This document shows, in pieces, positions 11,437 to 22,019 of a DNA stretch of 38,882 nucleotides (position 1 is the stretch's first letter; every line of letters starts with the position of its first letter). This stretch comes from an uncultured virus (IMG/VR IMGVR_UViG_2061766007_000286) (Duplodnaviria; Heunggongvirae; Uroviricota; Caudoviricetes). Position numbers and translations under genes: made by a program. The DNA lies in IMG/VR virus record IMGVR_UViG_2061766007_000286; one strand, 5' to 3'. The notes under the pieces are model-generated. The model searched no databases and was not told the DNA's origin. It was given only the letters and a program-made list of their open reading frames with translations.

Positions 11437-11477
11437 CTTTGTATACTGGCGCCTTAAGCCGAACCGGAACACCAGAG

Positions 11478-12755
11478 ATGGCAGACGAAAAGAATAAAGT
11501 TTCGCGGACAAGAGAATTCTCTGTAGAAAGCGGAGTCAGGAAAGATCCGGTGCCCGGAACAGACGAAGGAAAGGACCTCCCACGAAACCTAGAAGGAAGA
11601 GGTCTCCGAACCGCAACACCATTCCCAAATATAATAAGAATAGAACAACTTGATGGTGCTGCAAGAAACAGGTATTCCAGCGGACTTAACAACGTGATAG
11701 ACAAGCTACACTCGGTGGCTGAAAGCGGGCGTATTGGTGGGATAACAAACGAAGTGTTCTACGGATTCGTAAAAACCCCACCGGACTCACAGAAAATAGA
11801 CATAAGATGGAAGCAACGGGGTGGTCTGGCAAACATAATATCCGTTGCCTCGGCAACAGCAGCCGCACCCGTAAATGCCGTTGCAAAAATGGTAGGTGGC
11901 GCGGCTGGACAAGCTGTTATGAATTTCACGGAAGGTGCTCAAAGTCTCGCAAGCTCGGCGTTTAAGGCGATTGATGCCGGTTCCGAGATTGCTGGGGAGC
12001 TTGCAGGCATAAATACAAAGATGGTCGGCGGAAACACGATAAAACGCGTCGAAAGCATTGGATTGAATTCATTTTCAGTCACGTGCTCGTGGTATCTTCC
12101 AGAACAATACGCTCTCTTCTGCAAAGGCATAAGAAGCCTATTCAGAATTGCATACCCAAACGAGGTAAGCCTCGGGGACTCGCTCACGACAGATGTTAAA
12201 AAACTTTTAAGCGGAAAAATGAAGGATGTTGACGAGCACTCGTCCGGACCAGAAATAAGAGATGCGGCAACAAAGGAATCCATGGAAAGTGGGTGGACGA
12301 ACGCGGTCAATACCGTTACAGGCGGAATAGGAAAAGCATTTGATGCGGTTCAGTGGGCAGCAACAAAGCTCGGCCTCACATTCTCAATTGACCCGAGTCC
12401 TGTGAGAGTTTCAATAGGACAATCGTGGGACCTTGAACCACTTGCTATAACAGGTCTTACCATAAAACCATCCAGAGAAACCTTCATAGAACCGACAACG
12501 CACGCTCACCTGCCTATAACGGTTGAGGTCACGATAAATCTGGACTACTGGCTCACCCCGAGAGCCGGTCAGGAAAACATGTCCATCGCCGGTCAGGAAA
12601 TCTTCGGCTGGCTGCAGGAAGACCGCTACAAGAACGTCATCAAAGACACCGAAAAATACGTCGCGGAAAAGAACGAAAAAATGTGGGGTCTGCTCACGCA
12701 GGACAAGCTGAACTCCGCACCAAATGCAAACAGAAGGCGCGGCGTGAACATGTAA
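11478..12755 (+). CDS. Baseplate/tail-tube junction protein, T4 gp48-like
   Basis: Gly/Ala-rich middle. C-terminal PSPVRVSIG..LEPLAITGLTIK..LPITVEVTINL resembles the gp48/tube fold. Start MADEKNK downstream of the late motif. Confidence 0.55.
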   Translation: MADEKNKVSRTREFSVESGVRKDPVPGTDEGKDLPRNLEGRGLRTATPFPNIIRIEQLDGAARNRYSSGLNNVIDKLHSVAESGRIGGITNEVFYGFVKTPPDSQKIDIRWKQRGGLANIISVASATAAAPVNAVAKMVGGAAGQAVMNFTEGAQSLASSAFKAIDAGSEIAGELAGINTKMVGGNTIKRVESIGLNSFSVTCSWYLPEQYALFCKGIRSLFRIAYPNEVSLGDSLTTDVKKLLSGKMKDVDEHSSGPEIRDAATKESMESGWTNAVNTVTGGIGKAFDAVQWAATKLGLTFSIDPSPVRVSIGQSWDLEPLAITGLTIKPSRETFIEPTTHAHLPITVEVTINLDYWLTPRAGQENMSIAGQEIFGWLQEDRYKNVIKDTEKYVAEKNEKMWGLLTQDKLNSAPNANRRRGVNM

Positions 12756-12759
12756 TGGC

Positions 12760-12767
12760 TATAAACA
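12760..12767 (+). promoter_or_regulatory. Late-promoter-like TATAAACA upstream of gp13
   Basis: Motif followed by SD AGGAG and ATG at 12790. Confidence 0.65.
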
Positions 12768-12789
12768 GGAATAGGAGACACAAGTCATC

Positions 12790-13496
12790 ATGGCATCTGG
12801 AATATACATAACACGGGACGACATGGTCGAATACATCAAGGCCAGACTCGGACACCCGGTCGTCGACCTTGAACTGGAACTCGAGGAGAAGAACGGCCTT
12901 GGCCACATACACCTGGCAATAAACGACACCCTGGACTGGTTCTTCAGACATAACCAGAACGAGGCCGACTTCTCTGACTACATGGTTCTTTTCCTGAAGC
13001 CAGGCATCATCGAGTACGACGTGCCAGAAGACGTGACCGACATAATCGACGTTGCTCCCTCGTTCGGCAACGGCTTCACGCCATGGACCGCGTTCGACGT
13101 TGGCGAAGGCGAAACCCTTGTCGCCACTACCGGTTGGAGTCAGTTCGACCTTGTCACATACACGGCCGCCATGCGATATATTTCAGACGTTAAGAAGCTG
13201 CTTGGTACACAGTACCAGGTGCGCTTCCACCCACAGGCTCACAAGGTCCGCATCCTTCCAACGCCAAGGCGTCCGCGCGTCGCGATGTGCAAGGTATACC
13301 GGAAGGCTGCTCTCTCCGAAATCTTCGCAAACGTCTATTTCAGAGATCTCGCCGTTGCCAGGACGAAGGTCATGTGGGGCGAAATCCTGACCAAGGACAG
13401 CTACAACTTCCCAGGCGGAGGCAAGGTGAACGGCGACACGCTGCTCTCAAACGCCCGCGCCGACCAGGATCGTCTCGAAAAGGAAATCATCTCCCA
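12790..13496 (+). CDS. gp13: Neck protein, T4 gp13-like (3' end in gap; allelic duplicate at 13507-13659)
   Basis: YIKARLGHPVVDLEL..AINDTLDWF and C-terminal A..K..WG..L.K....PGG.KVNG..L...A. Confidence 0.88.
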
Positions 13497-13869
13497 NNNN
13501 NNNNNNGGCGTTCGACGTTGGTGAGGGTGAAACCCTTGTGGCAACCACCGGTTGGAGCCAGTTCGACCTGGTTACGTATACTGCGGCGATGCGGTATATC
13601 TCCGACGTGAAGAAGCTGCTTGGTACACAGTACCAGGTGCGCTTCCACCCACAGGCTCANNNNNNNNNNNNNNNNNNNNNNNNNNNNNNNNNNNNNNNNN
13701 NNNNNNNNNNNNNNNNNNNNNNNNNNNNNNNNNNNNNNNNNNNNNNNNNNNNNNNNNNNNNNNNNNNNNNNNNNNNNNNNNNNNNNNNNNNNNNNNNNNN
13801 NNNNNNNNNNNNNNNNNNNNNNNNNNNNNNNNNNGTCCTCCGCGATCATAACCGACCTGGACCTGTAAT

Positions 13870-14652
13870 ATGGATGGCAAAGTCGATTTTGTCATCCCGT
13901 TCACACTGGATGCAAAGCAGTGCTATTCTCATGCCAACACAGGGTATGAGCACCTGGAACTCGAGTATGTCTTGCGCAGCATAAGGAAGTTCTGCCCGTG
14001 GTCTGGCAGGATATTCCTTGCCACGGAAAGCGAGCTGCCGGAAAACATATCGAAACAGGTCGTCGTGGTGAAAGTCGGTGATCCATACACACATATCAAG
14101 GACGCCAACATAATCAACAAGATCAAGACGGTAATAGAGAGCGTTCCGGACCTAAGCGAGACGTTCATCATGGCAAGCGACGACCAGGTGGTGACTCGGG
14201 AATGCGGTTTGGCGGATTTCTATCCAAGGATAAAGTACGACATGACTGGGAAGCTGAGGGAATACGCGGCGATGATGGGGACGTATTCGGACGCGGACGG
14301 ATCCAAGAAGTGGAACATGGCCATGTTGAACACACTGAAAAAGTTCCCTAGAAGGTCGTACTTCTACGAGCCGCACATATGGTCCCCGATGAACAAACAC
14401 GCGTTCATGGAGATGTGCCGTACGTTCGACATAGCACACGACACCGGGATAATAACGCAGTCTCTGTACTACAATTTCGTAAACCAGGCACCTAGGGGAA
14501 ACTACGACCACACATACATGCATGCCGGTCTGGACGACCGGCAGATAAGGTCGATAATCACGTCGCCTACTCGGCACATCGCGTGGGTGGACAAGATCTT
14601 CTCCTATAAACTATTCAGGGAATTTCTCGGAAAACTTTTGGATTTGGAGTGA
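13870..14652 (+). CDS. Stealth-family-like hexose-1-phosphate transferase
   Basis: CR1-like VDFVIP; CR2-like LELEYVLRSIRKFCPWSGRIFLAT and VPDLSETFIMASDD; CR3-like HIWSPMNK. Confidence 0.75.
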   Translation: MDGKVDFVIPFTLDAKQCYSHANTGYEHLELEYVLRSIRKFCPWSGRIFLATESELPENISKQVVVVKVGDPYTHIKDANIINKIKTVIESVPDLSETFIMASDDQVVTRECGLADFYPRIKYDMTGKLREYAAMMGTYSDADGSKKWNMAMLNTLKKFPRRSYFYEPHIWSPMNKHAFMEMCRTFDIAHDTGIITQSLYYNFVNQAPRGNYDHTYMHAGLDDRQIRSIITSPTRHIAWVDKIFSYKLFREFLGKLLDLE

Positions 14653-16496
14653 CAATGCCAAGACGTCTCAACGTAGGTACACTGGAAGCGGCCAAACGGT
14701 CTTTTTACGAACTCGGAAGACACATGTTTATGGGTTCGTATTTTGGGATACGATGCAATTTCTGTGGAAAGACTAAATACATCGAAGGCGAGTACCTATT
14801 AAGAAAACTGGGTGATGAGCACTATAAATGCAGAGACTGTGCGCAAATGGAACAAAACGAAAAAATGAGAAGGCGCGTATATCACAAAGCAAACACCGTC
14901 GAGGCAAGGCCAGTATTTAAAGAAGTCAAAGAGCAAACGCCTACCTCAAATGTTCAGTATAAAATGAACATGGGTTACGCAAACAATATCGTTGTGACGA
15001 TGACATCGTGGTCAAAACGAATAAAAAATTGTTATGCCGTTGTAAAGTCCATACTTTGTCAAACGGTCCCGCCAGACACCATATACCTAAACCTGTCATC
15101 TGATGAGTTCAAAAACAAAGAAGACGATCTCCCGAAAAACCTTATAGAGCTTAGAGACGCCAACAAAAACTTCATAATAAATTGGGTAGATGGTGAAAAC
15201 ACCAAGTCTATGAAAAAGGTATTCCCAATACTTAAATTTTTGAACGATGACGATGTCATAATAGACACGGACGATGACATCATCATGCCGGTAGATTTGA
15301 TAGAGGCTCGATTAAATGATTTTGCAAGAGCGGGAAAAAGATCTCCAGTGACAAGCTGTACAAGAAAGTGGGACTTGGCAGGAATACCGTGTTACATAAT
15401 GTCAGCGTGGTCTGTGTTCCAGCCAAAGATGTTATCCGGCTGGGAGAACGTTGTAACAAAAGAAATAATCAAAACATACAACGACGACAGAACATATCTT
15501 CTCATGATGTGGCTGAACGGGTACAAATGCGTACCGTGTACAAGATATGACATGAAAGAGCTTATGAGTCGATTCACAAAAAACGCGAACGACTCCATGA
15601 CAAACAACAAGGTCCACCTAGTTGGTGGTAAATACGATAAAGTTGCCGAACCTATTATCCTTAAATTGTTCGGCAAGAACATAAAAGATTCGTTTGGCAT
15701 ATTGAAAAACAAGGTCGATGACCAGGAAAAGAAATCGAAAGATAAAAAAATAGACTTTATAATACCATATACATTGTCGGCAAAAAAGGCTGACTCTATC
15801 GCAGTGACCAAATTTAAACGTTTGGAAATCGAATATGTGCTAAAAAGCATAAAGAAATTCTGTCCATTTGCCGGAAGAATATTCTTGGCGACAGACAGTA
15901 AGATACCTGATACGATAGCGAGCCAAGTGACAATAATAAAGGTCGGTGATCCATACACGCATACAAAGGACGCCAACATAATCAACAAGATCAAGACCGT
16001 CATAGAGCAGGTACCGGATCTGAGTGAGACGTTCATAATGGCGAGCGACGATCAAATCGTAAGAAAAAATGCCGAATTGAGCGACTTTAATCCTAGGGTT
16101 TCCGGGGATCTTACCGGAAAACTAAGTACATATAAAATGCACGCGACAAGCAATTGGCAAAAATGTCTAGCCATGACACTCAAGAAATTTCCAAACAGAC
16201 CGTATATTTATCAACCGCATATATGGTCTCCGATGAACAAATATAAATTCATTGAAATGTGCAAAAAATACGATATAAGAAAAGAGAAAGGTGTCATAAC
16301 GCAATCTCTGTACTACAATTTTGTTAAACAACCAAAGACACTGAACTACGATCACACATATCTTTCATGGAGATGCACGTCAAAAGAAATAGTGGATGCC
16401 ATAAGAAGACATACGCGCCATCTTGCATGGACAGACACCGCATTCAAAGACAAAAAATTCAGAGATTACCTGGAAAAACTATTGTTCGGAGAGTAA
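14649..16496 (+). CDS. Multidomain glycosyltransferase: Zn-ribbon, GT-A domain and Stealth-like domain
   Basis: CNFC..CRDC; VVTMTSWSKRI..SILCQTV.PD.I.L..KKVFP..IIDTDDDIIMP (GT-A, DxD); C-terminal IDFIIP..IEYVLKSIKKFCPF..SETFIMASDD. Confidence 0.8.
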   Translation: MTMPRRLNVGTLEAAKRSFYELGRHMFMGSYFGIRCNFCGKTKYIEGEYLLRKLGDEHYKCRDCAQMEQNEKMRRRVYHKANTVEARPVFKEVKEQTPTSNVQYKMNMGYANNIVVTMTSWSKRIKNCYAVVKSILCQTVPPDTIYLNLSSDEFKNKEDDLPKNLIELRDANKNFIINWVDGENTKSMKKVFPILKFLNDDDVIIDTDDDIIMPVDLIEARLNDFARAGKRSPVTSCTRKWDLAGIPCYIMSAWSVFQPKMLSGWENVVTKEIIKTYNDDRTYLLMMWLNGYKCVPCTRYDMKELMSRFTKNANDSMTNNKVHLVGGKYDKVAEPIILKLFGKNIKDSFGILKNKVDDQEKKSKDKKIDFIIPYTLSAKKADSIAVTKFKRLEIEYVLKSIKKFCPFAGRIFLATDSKIPDTIASQVTIIKVGDPYTHTKDANIINKIKTVIEQVPDLSETFIMASDDQIVRKNAELSDFNPRVSGDLTGKLSTYKMHATSNWQKCLAMTLKKFPNRPYIYQPHIWSPMNKYKFIEMCKKYDIRKEKGVITQSLYYNFVKQPKTLNYDHTYLSWRCTSKEIVDAIRRHTRHLAWTDTAFKDKKFRDYLEKLLFGE

Positions 16497-16497
16497 C

Positions 16498-17595
16498 ATG
16501 AAAATAGCGATATATTCACCAAACATAATGAAAACATATGGTGGACTAGAGAGAGCGTCATATTGGTTGTACACAAAGCTAACCCTAAAAGGCATCGACG
16601 TGACATTTCTAGTGTTCGACTACAAAGAGAATGAACCAGAGAGATATAAATTCGAACAACTGCCAAAAAATGTCGTCATCAATCCATTCAAAAAAGACTT
16701 AATGAAAAAAATAATGAATAGTGGCAGATACGATTGCGTTATCGTTTTCGCGTCCCACCCATATACACCATACATATGTGACGCATTGAAGGAAACGAAG
16801 ATACCGTGGATATATGCGGAACGTACGGAGGCAGAGTCTCTAGAAAACCTGTACAAAAGAAGGTTCCAAAACCCAAAAGCAAAAAGATTGCAAATGATAA
16901 ACAACTGTTCTGCAATGGTGTTGCAGTTGGACGAGTACTCAAAATCCGTACCAGAAGCGCGCAGACACAAACTAAGAATAATACCAAATACATGCGCAAT
17001 AAAACCAGACCGCAAACGATCCACAAATCCAGACAAAAAAATACTGCTAAGCCTTGGGCGTCTATCAGATAATCAAAAACAAATTTCTATACTTATAAAC
17101 GCGTTTAGCGTTGCCGCAGCCGGACTAAACAACTGGGAATTACACATATACGGAAACGGTCCGAATGAAGCCAAACTAAAACTACTAGCAAACTCAAAGA
17201 CAAATAAATCTATAATTAAATTTAACGGAGTATCCAAACACCCATCTGACCAGTATTCTACATCTGATGTATTCTGTCTCCCATCAAAATTCGAGGGGTT
17301 TCCAAATACAGTGATCGAAGCATTCACACATGCTCTGCCAGTCGTTGCCTTCAAAGACTGCACGGCGGCAAGAAGCATAATAACGGATGGATATAACGGT
17401 ATACTGGCGGATAAAATGGATGCAAATTCTCTAGCAAATTCGTTAAAAAAGGTAATGTCATCGCCAGATCTTGTAAACAAATTGTCAATTGGAGCCGAAG
17501 AAACGTCAAAAAAATATGACGAGGATACTATATTCAACATGTGGTTAGATGTGATAAATTTTGCAATTAAGAATAGGCATCATGTATCGAGGTGA
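16498..17595 (+). CDS. GT4 (GT-B fold) glycosyltransferase
   Basis: GGLER, IIPN, LGRL..QK, LHIYGNG, FCLPSKFEGFPNTVIEA (EX7E), IITDGYNGIL. Confidence 0.9.
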   Translation: MKIAIYSPNIMKTYGGLERASYWLYTKLTLKGIDVTFLVFDYKENEPERYKFEQLPKNVVINPFKKDLMKKIMNSGRYDCVIVFASHPYTPYICDALKETKIPWIYAERTEAESLENLYKRRFQNPKAKRLQMINNCSAMVLQLDEYSKSVPEARRHKLRIIPNTCAIKPDRKRSTNPDKKILLSLGRLSDNQKQISILINAFSVAAAGLNNWELHIYGNGPNEAKLKLLANSKTNKSIIKFNGVSKHPSDQYSTSDVFCLPSKFEGFPNTVIEAFTHALPVVAFKDCTAARSIITDGYNGILADKMDANSLANSLKKVMSSPDLVNKLSIGAEETSKKYDEDTIFNMWLDVINFAIKNRHHVSR

Positions 17596-19160
17596 AAGCG
17601 ATGAGAATGACTTCTGTAAAAAAGCGAGTTCTCTGGCAATTCAAAAGTAAACTCGGTTTCGATCTGAATCTATCAAACCCCAAGCTTTTCTGTGAAAAGC
17701 TATGTTGGCTTAAACTATTCGACAGAAATCCAGATTATACAAAAATTGTTGATAAATACTCCGTAAAAGAGTACGTCGGAAACATAATAGGAAAGGACCA
17801 TATAATACCAACCATTGGTGTTTATGGGCAGTTTGACGACATAGACTTTAATTCTCTTCCAAAAAAATTCGTGATGAAATGCACACACGACCCGGGAACC
17901 GTCGTGGTTGTAAAGGACAAGAGCAAATTAGACTTAAAGAAAACAAAGAAAAAACTAACAGACGCCATGTCAAGAAACTACTATAACTCATGGTTGGAAT
18001 ACCAATATAAGTATGTGGAACCACGAATAATAATAGAACCATATCTTTCTGATAACATAAGAAACTATAAATTCTTTTGCTTTAACGGTGACCCAAAATT
18101 TCTGTACATATCGGACAATTCCAGCGATCACAAAAAAAACCGGGCCACGTTTGTCGATTTCAAAAAATGGAAACGGTTGCCATTTTTCAGAAAAGAATAT
18201 AGACAGCATGATAAAAACCCAGGGCTGAAAAAACCATCGAGACTAAACGAAATGGTGGAAATATCAAAGAAACTTTCAAGCGGGATACCATTTGTTAGCA
18301 TTGGCATGTACCAAATTGAAGATAGAGTGTATTTTTCAAAAATAACATTTCATCCAGCAGACGGTAGGTTGTATGTCTACCCGCGAGAATGGAACAAGAA
18401 ACTTGGTGATATGCTAGACATATCCAAGCTTTTTGACGGAAAAATTAAATACAAAAAACCAATAAAAATATACGACCTTTGTCGGAATAAGGAGACAGAT
18501 TCAAATATACATCTGCTCAAAAAACTTTTTACCAATATCGATATAGTGTTCCCCTGTATTGGAACGAAAAAATATGAATATACTTATTGGCAAAAAGGCA
18601 GCGAGCATCACATGACGCCTCGTTCAAATTTGACACTCCTTATGAGTATGATGGTTGAAAACGGAATCGCGCCTGACTTTGAGAAAAATATACAAATGAG
18701 AAAACAGTCATTTTCGGGTAAAATGTTGGAGTACCCAGTACCGGTGACAGGGGAATACATAGTCAAAGGAGAGAGAGGAACAATTTCTGGTGGCCCTGAA
18801 ATACTTTATAGAGATATACACACAACGGAAGAAACTAACAAAAAAATACTAAGTGTTGCAAGAAATGACTTCAAAAGCGAATATCACAAAATGTTCTCTT
18901 TCATGCATGATAGAGCCGAAATAATAAACACAAATGTCAAAGATGGATCAGTTCTGATTTTAGGGGATAGCATGATAGGCCCAGACATACCTATTATCGC
19001 AACACATGTACACCAACTGGACTTCTTCGACTGGCGATCACGCCCATCCGAAAAAATAGACATGGAAAAATACGATAAAGTTATAATATGTACGTTAGGT
19101 AACAGTGCATTTGAAGAACTAATTCATTTCATCCGTCAATTCGTCAAACAATCAAATTAA
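17592..19160 (+). CDS. TupA-like ATP-grasp (polysaccharide modification) with C-terminal GDS-motif SGNH-like domain
   Basis: NPKLFCEKLCWLKL..DKYSVKEYV..LPKKFVMKCTH..PRIIIEPYL..YKFFCFNGDPK; C-terminal VLILGDSM. Confidence 0.8.
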   Translation: MKAMRMTSVKKRVLWQFKSKLGFDLNLSNPKLFCEKLCWLKLFDRNPDYTKIVDKYSVKEYVGNIIGKDHIIPTIGVYGQFDDIDFNSLPKKFVMKCTHDPGTVVVVKDKSKLDLKKTKKKLTDAMSRNYYNSWLEYQYKYVEPRIIIEPYLSDNIRNYKFFCFNGDPKFLYISDNSSDHKKNRATFVDFKKWKRLPFFRKEYRQHDKNPGLKKPSRLNEMVEISKKLSSGIPFVSIGMYQIEDRVYFSKITFHPADGRLYVYPREWNKKLGDMLDISKLFDGKIKYKKPIKIYDLCRNKETDSNIHLLKKLFTNIDIVFPCIGTKKYEYTYWQKGSEHHMTPRSNLTLLMSMMVENGIAPDFEKNIQMRKQSFSGKMLEYPVPVTGEYIVKGERGTISGGPEILYRDIHTTEETNKKILSVARNDFKSEYHKMFSFMHDRAEIINTNVKDGSVLILGDSMIGPDIPIIATHVHQLDFFDWRSRPSEKIDMEKYDKVIICTLGNSAFEELIHFIRQFVKQSN

Positions 19161-19201
19161 ACAAACGGTATAAACAACTATATAATTATGAGGAATCGTT
19201 C

Positions 19202-19750
19202 ATGTCAGAAGAGTTGAAATTGCGAGTGATGAGAACACAATGGGAGCAAATCGGCCTGATGAATCTTATCTCGGCTGTAAAAAAGAACATCGGAAGCGGT
19301 CTAAGAATGGTCGAAATAGGATCATACGCAGGAGAGTCGTCTGAGATATGGGCCAAATCCGGCATATTTGACAAGGTCATTTGTGTGGACGCCTGGAAGA
19401 ACGGATATGACCAAACAGACTATGCCTCAAAAACAGCAGAACTCGCCGAAAAGAAATTCGACGAAATTGCCTCCAAATACCCCTGCATAGAAAAATGCAA
19501 ATGCGCCTCGCTAGAAGCGGCAGGAAAATTCGCGAACGGTTCGCTTGACCTGGTCTACATCGATGCCATGCATACATACGACGCCGTGAAAGCGGACATC
19601 GAGGCGTGGCTACCTAAAATCAGAAAGGGCGGTGTTATCTCAGGTCACGATTACAGCGATGCATGGGATGGCGTCGTCCGTGCTGTAAATGAAAAGTTTG
19701 GAAAACCAGACCAACTGTTTAGAGATTTCTCTTGGGTTAAGCGTGTTTAA
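19202..19750 (+). CDS. Class I SAM-dependent methyltransferase (Methyltransf_24-like)
   Basis: VEIGSYAGES, LDLVYIDAMHTYDAVKADI..W.PKIRKGGVISGHDY. TATAAACA at 19169-19176 upstream. Confidence 0.88.
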   Translation: MSEELKLRVMRTQWEQIGLMNLISAVKKNIGSGLRMVEIGSYAGESSEIWAKSGIFDKVICVDAWKNGYDQTDYASKTAELAEKKFDEIASKYPCIEKCKCASLEAAGKFANGSLDLVYIDAMHTYDAVKADIEAWLPKIRKGGVISGHDYSDAWDGVVRAVNEKFGKPDQLFRDFSWVKRV

Positions 19751-19801
19751 TAAACAAAATTCGCCAGTAAACTAACCAATGCTCCTGGATCGATAAAACC
19801 A

Positions 19802-20419
19802 ATGTATGTAATGTCCATAGGCGGTAACTGCGCTGATCTAGCATTCCTAGGACCAGGTACAAGAGTTCCGGGTCCAGTTGATAACTGGTACGCGATAAAT
19901 GGAATGAAATCCATAATAGGATTGTTCACAAGCTTCGAAGATCAACTGACAAAAGGGTGGACAAGAAAAGAAAGGGGTTGGTATTACTACAAAGACTATG
20001 CTTGTCCACACCTTAACGTTGAAAATCCAGTTGTCATCGAAAAGATCCTAAAACGATACGCAACCTTTCTCAGGTTTTGGTCCACCGTAAGAAGCGAACC
20101 GCGCTTCTACTTTTCATACGTTCTAAACCCAGCAGACGTGTGCAAAAATGGTGACAAAAACGTTTTGACGGAGTCCACCGTTGACATGTTAAAAAACGTC
20201 GATAAATATTTCCCGCTGCACAAGCTAATTGTAGTCGGCACCCCTCTCATAGACCTAAAGGACGGCTGGTTCAACAATTACATAGACGATCCACCACCAG
20301 GAATCAACTACGTCAACATCAAGGACATCAAGAACTCGTCGATACGGTATGGGAACGACATAGACAAAGAGTGGCCACGGAAGCAATTCAACCAATACAT
20401 TGAAACCCTGAAAGTTTAA
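19802..20419 (+). CDS. DUF1796-like protein
   Basis: N-terminal SIGGNC...GPVDNW and H......KILKRY pattern. Confidence 0.5.
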   Translation: MYVMSIGGNCADLAFLGPGTRVPGPVDNWYAINGMKSIIGLFTSFEDQLTKGWTRKERGWYYYKDYACPHLNVENPVVIEKILKRYATFLRFWSTVRSEPRFYFSYVLNPADVCKNGDKNVLTESTVDMLKNVDKYFPLHKLIVVGTPLIDLKDGWFNNYIDDPPPGINYVNIKDIKNSSIRYGNDIDKEWPRKQFNQYIETLKV

Positions 20420-20424
20420 CATAC

Positions 20425-20454
20425 AAAAAGCCGGTCACTTTAGACCGGCTTTTT
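20425..20454. terminator. Bidirectional terminator
   Basis: AAAAAGCCGGTC-ACTTTA-GACCGGCTTTTT between convergent genes. Confidence 0.88.
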
Positions 20455-20473
20455 CGTTCCAACGCCCAAACAC

Positions 20474-20695
20474 CTAGTCTCGCCTAAGACCCGGATATTC
20501 GCAATTCTCGGCAGCACCATCATCGCAAAGCCTCGCAATGATGTCCAGGAGCTTGTCAGCGCTCCTCAATAGATCGGGCCCGTCGTTTGGCATCGGTTCC
20601 AAACCACAATCAATGCACCTGCCTATCCTGCCAATATCCTTGACAATTCCAGCAAGATCACGTATCATCTTCTTCTTGTTTTCGTCCATGGTCAT
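20474..20695 (-). CDS. Hypothetical protein (about 73 aa)
   Basis: ORF between the M16 gene and the terminator. Confidence 0.5.
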   Translation of the reverse strand: MTMDENKKKMIRDLAGIVKDIGRIGRCIDCGLEPMPNDGPDLLRSADKLLDIIARLCDDGAAENCEYPGLRRD

Positions 20696-20712
20696 CTCAC
20701 ATCAAATGCGAA

Positions 20713-21666
20713 CTACTTCCAAATCTTCCCTCGCCATTCCTTCGGAACAACCGCGGCGTATGACCAATCTTCGACATCCTCGATCATGTCGATCGCCTCT
20801 CTGATCTCGGTCATGTTGATGGAATCGATCCGACGGACCAAAGCGGAGATGTCCATCGGCTTCCGCTTGTTCAGTTCGCGCTCACCGAGCACCATCATCC
20901 TGTTCAAAGCCGATTCGTGGACAAGCCGCATCTGCCCGCAGAGCGAGTCCTTGGCGCGACGAATTTCGTCCTTCCCGAATCTGCATTTCCACATCTTCCC
21001 CATCTCTTCGCTCACGGCCTCGCACGCCAATGCGGCCTTTCCCGGTTCGGCCTTATATCCAATGCAGAACCCGATACCTTCGTCATATGTCTCCGTCATG
21101 GCGCGGATCCCATACACGAGCCCCATCTTCTCTCGCACCGTCTGGAACAACCTGGAAGACATGCCGTCGCCCATGATGTTCCGCACGATCGAGAGAGCTA
21201 CCCGAGTACGCTCGTCTTCGGTAAAAATCACCGTCCCTTCCCGCACACATGCCTGGTTAACCGACATGCGCTTCGTCTTGTTCCAAGCACCGGAGAAAAA
21301 CTGGTCACCAATTACCTTTCCGACGCCGGTCTTCCTGGAAAGTCCGTCTCTCACAAGCTTCACGAGTTCCGCGTGGTCCACCTTCCCCGAAGCCGCAACG
21401 ACCATGGGAACGACCGCTAATACCTTTTCATGGTATTCCTTCAGGTCGTCCACTCCGATCTTCTTGATGGACGAAAGGGTTCCGATCACCGGACGACCGA
21501 GGTTCGTACCGGCTCCCCACAAAGCCTCCTCGTACATGTCCCCAACGACACGGTCCGGCAGGTCAAGATACATCTTGGCTTCCTCCAAGATGACGCCCTT
21601 TTCCGTCTTGACATCCACAGGGTCGATCTTCGGGGAGTTGATCATCTCGCAGATCGTCTCCACCGC
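20713..21666 (-). CDS. M16 family zinc peptidase (N-terminus with the HxxEH site lost in gap)
   Basis: EKGVILEE..MYLD.P, LGRPVIGT, MVVAASGKVDH, IMGDGMSSRLFQTVREKMGLVYGI. Confidence 0.88.
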   Translation of the reverse strand, partial: AVETICEMINSPKIDPVDVKTEKGVILEEAKMYLDLPDRVVGDMYEEALWGAGTNLGRPVIGTLSSIKKIGVDDLKEYHEKVLAVVPMVVAASGKVDHAELVKLVRDGLSRKTGVGKVIGDQFFSGAWNKTKRMSVNQACVREGTVIFTEDERTRVALSIVRNIMGDGMSSRLFQTVREKMGLVYGIRAMTETYDEGIGFCIGYKAEPGKAALACEAVSEEMGKMWKCRFGKDEIRRAKDSLCGQMRLVHESALNRMMVLGERELNKRKPMDISALVRRIDSINMTEIREAIDMIEDVEDWSYAAVVPKEWRGKIWK

Positions 21667-22019
21667 NNNNNNNNNNNNNNNNNNNNNNNNNNNNNNNNNN
21701 NNNNNNNNNNNNNNNNNNNNNNNNNNNNNNNNNNNNNNNNNNNNNNNNNNNNNNNNNNNNNNNNNNNNNNNNNNNNNNNNNNNNNNNNNNNNNNNNNNNN
21801 NNNNNNNNNNNNNNNNNNNNNNNNNNNNNNNNNNNNNNNNNNNNNNNNNNNNNNNNNNNNNNNNNNNNNNNNNNNNNNNNNNNNNNNNNNNNNNNNNNNN
21901 NNNNNNNNNNNNNNNNNNNNNNNNNNNNNNNNNNNNNNNNNNNNNNNNNNNNNNNNNNNNNNNNNNNNNNNNNNNNNNNNNNNNNNNNNNNNNNNNNNNN
22001 NNNNNNNNNNNNNNNNNNN

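Noticed and set aside
10877..11704. 275-aa minus-strand ORF overlapping the gp48-like gene
   Set aside because: The upstream part is antisense shadow; the late motif supports a start at 11398.
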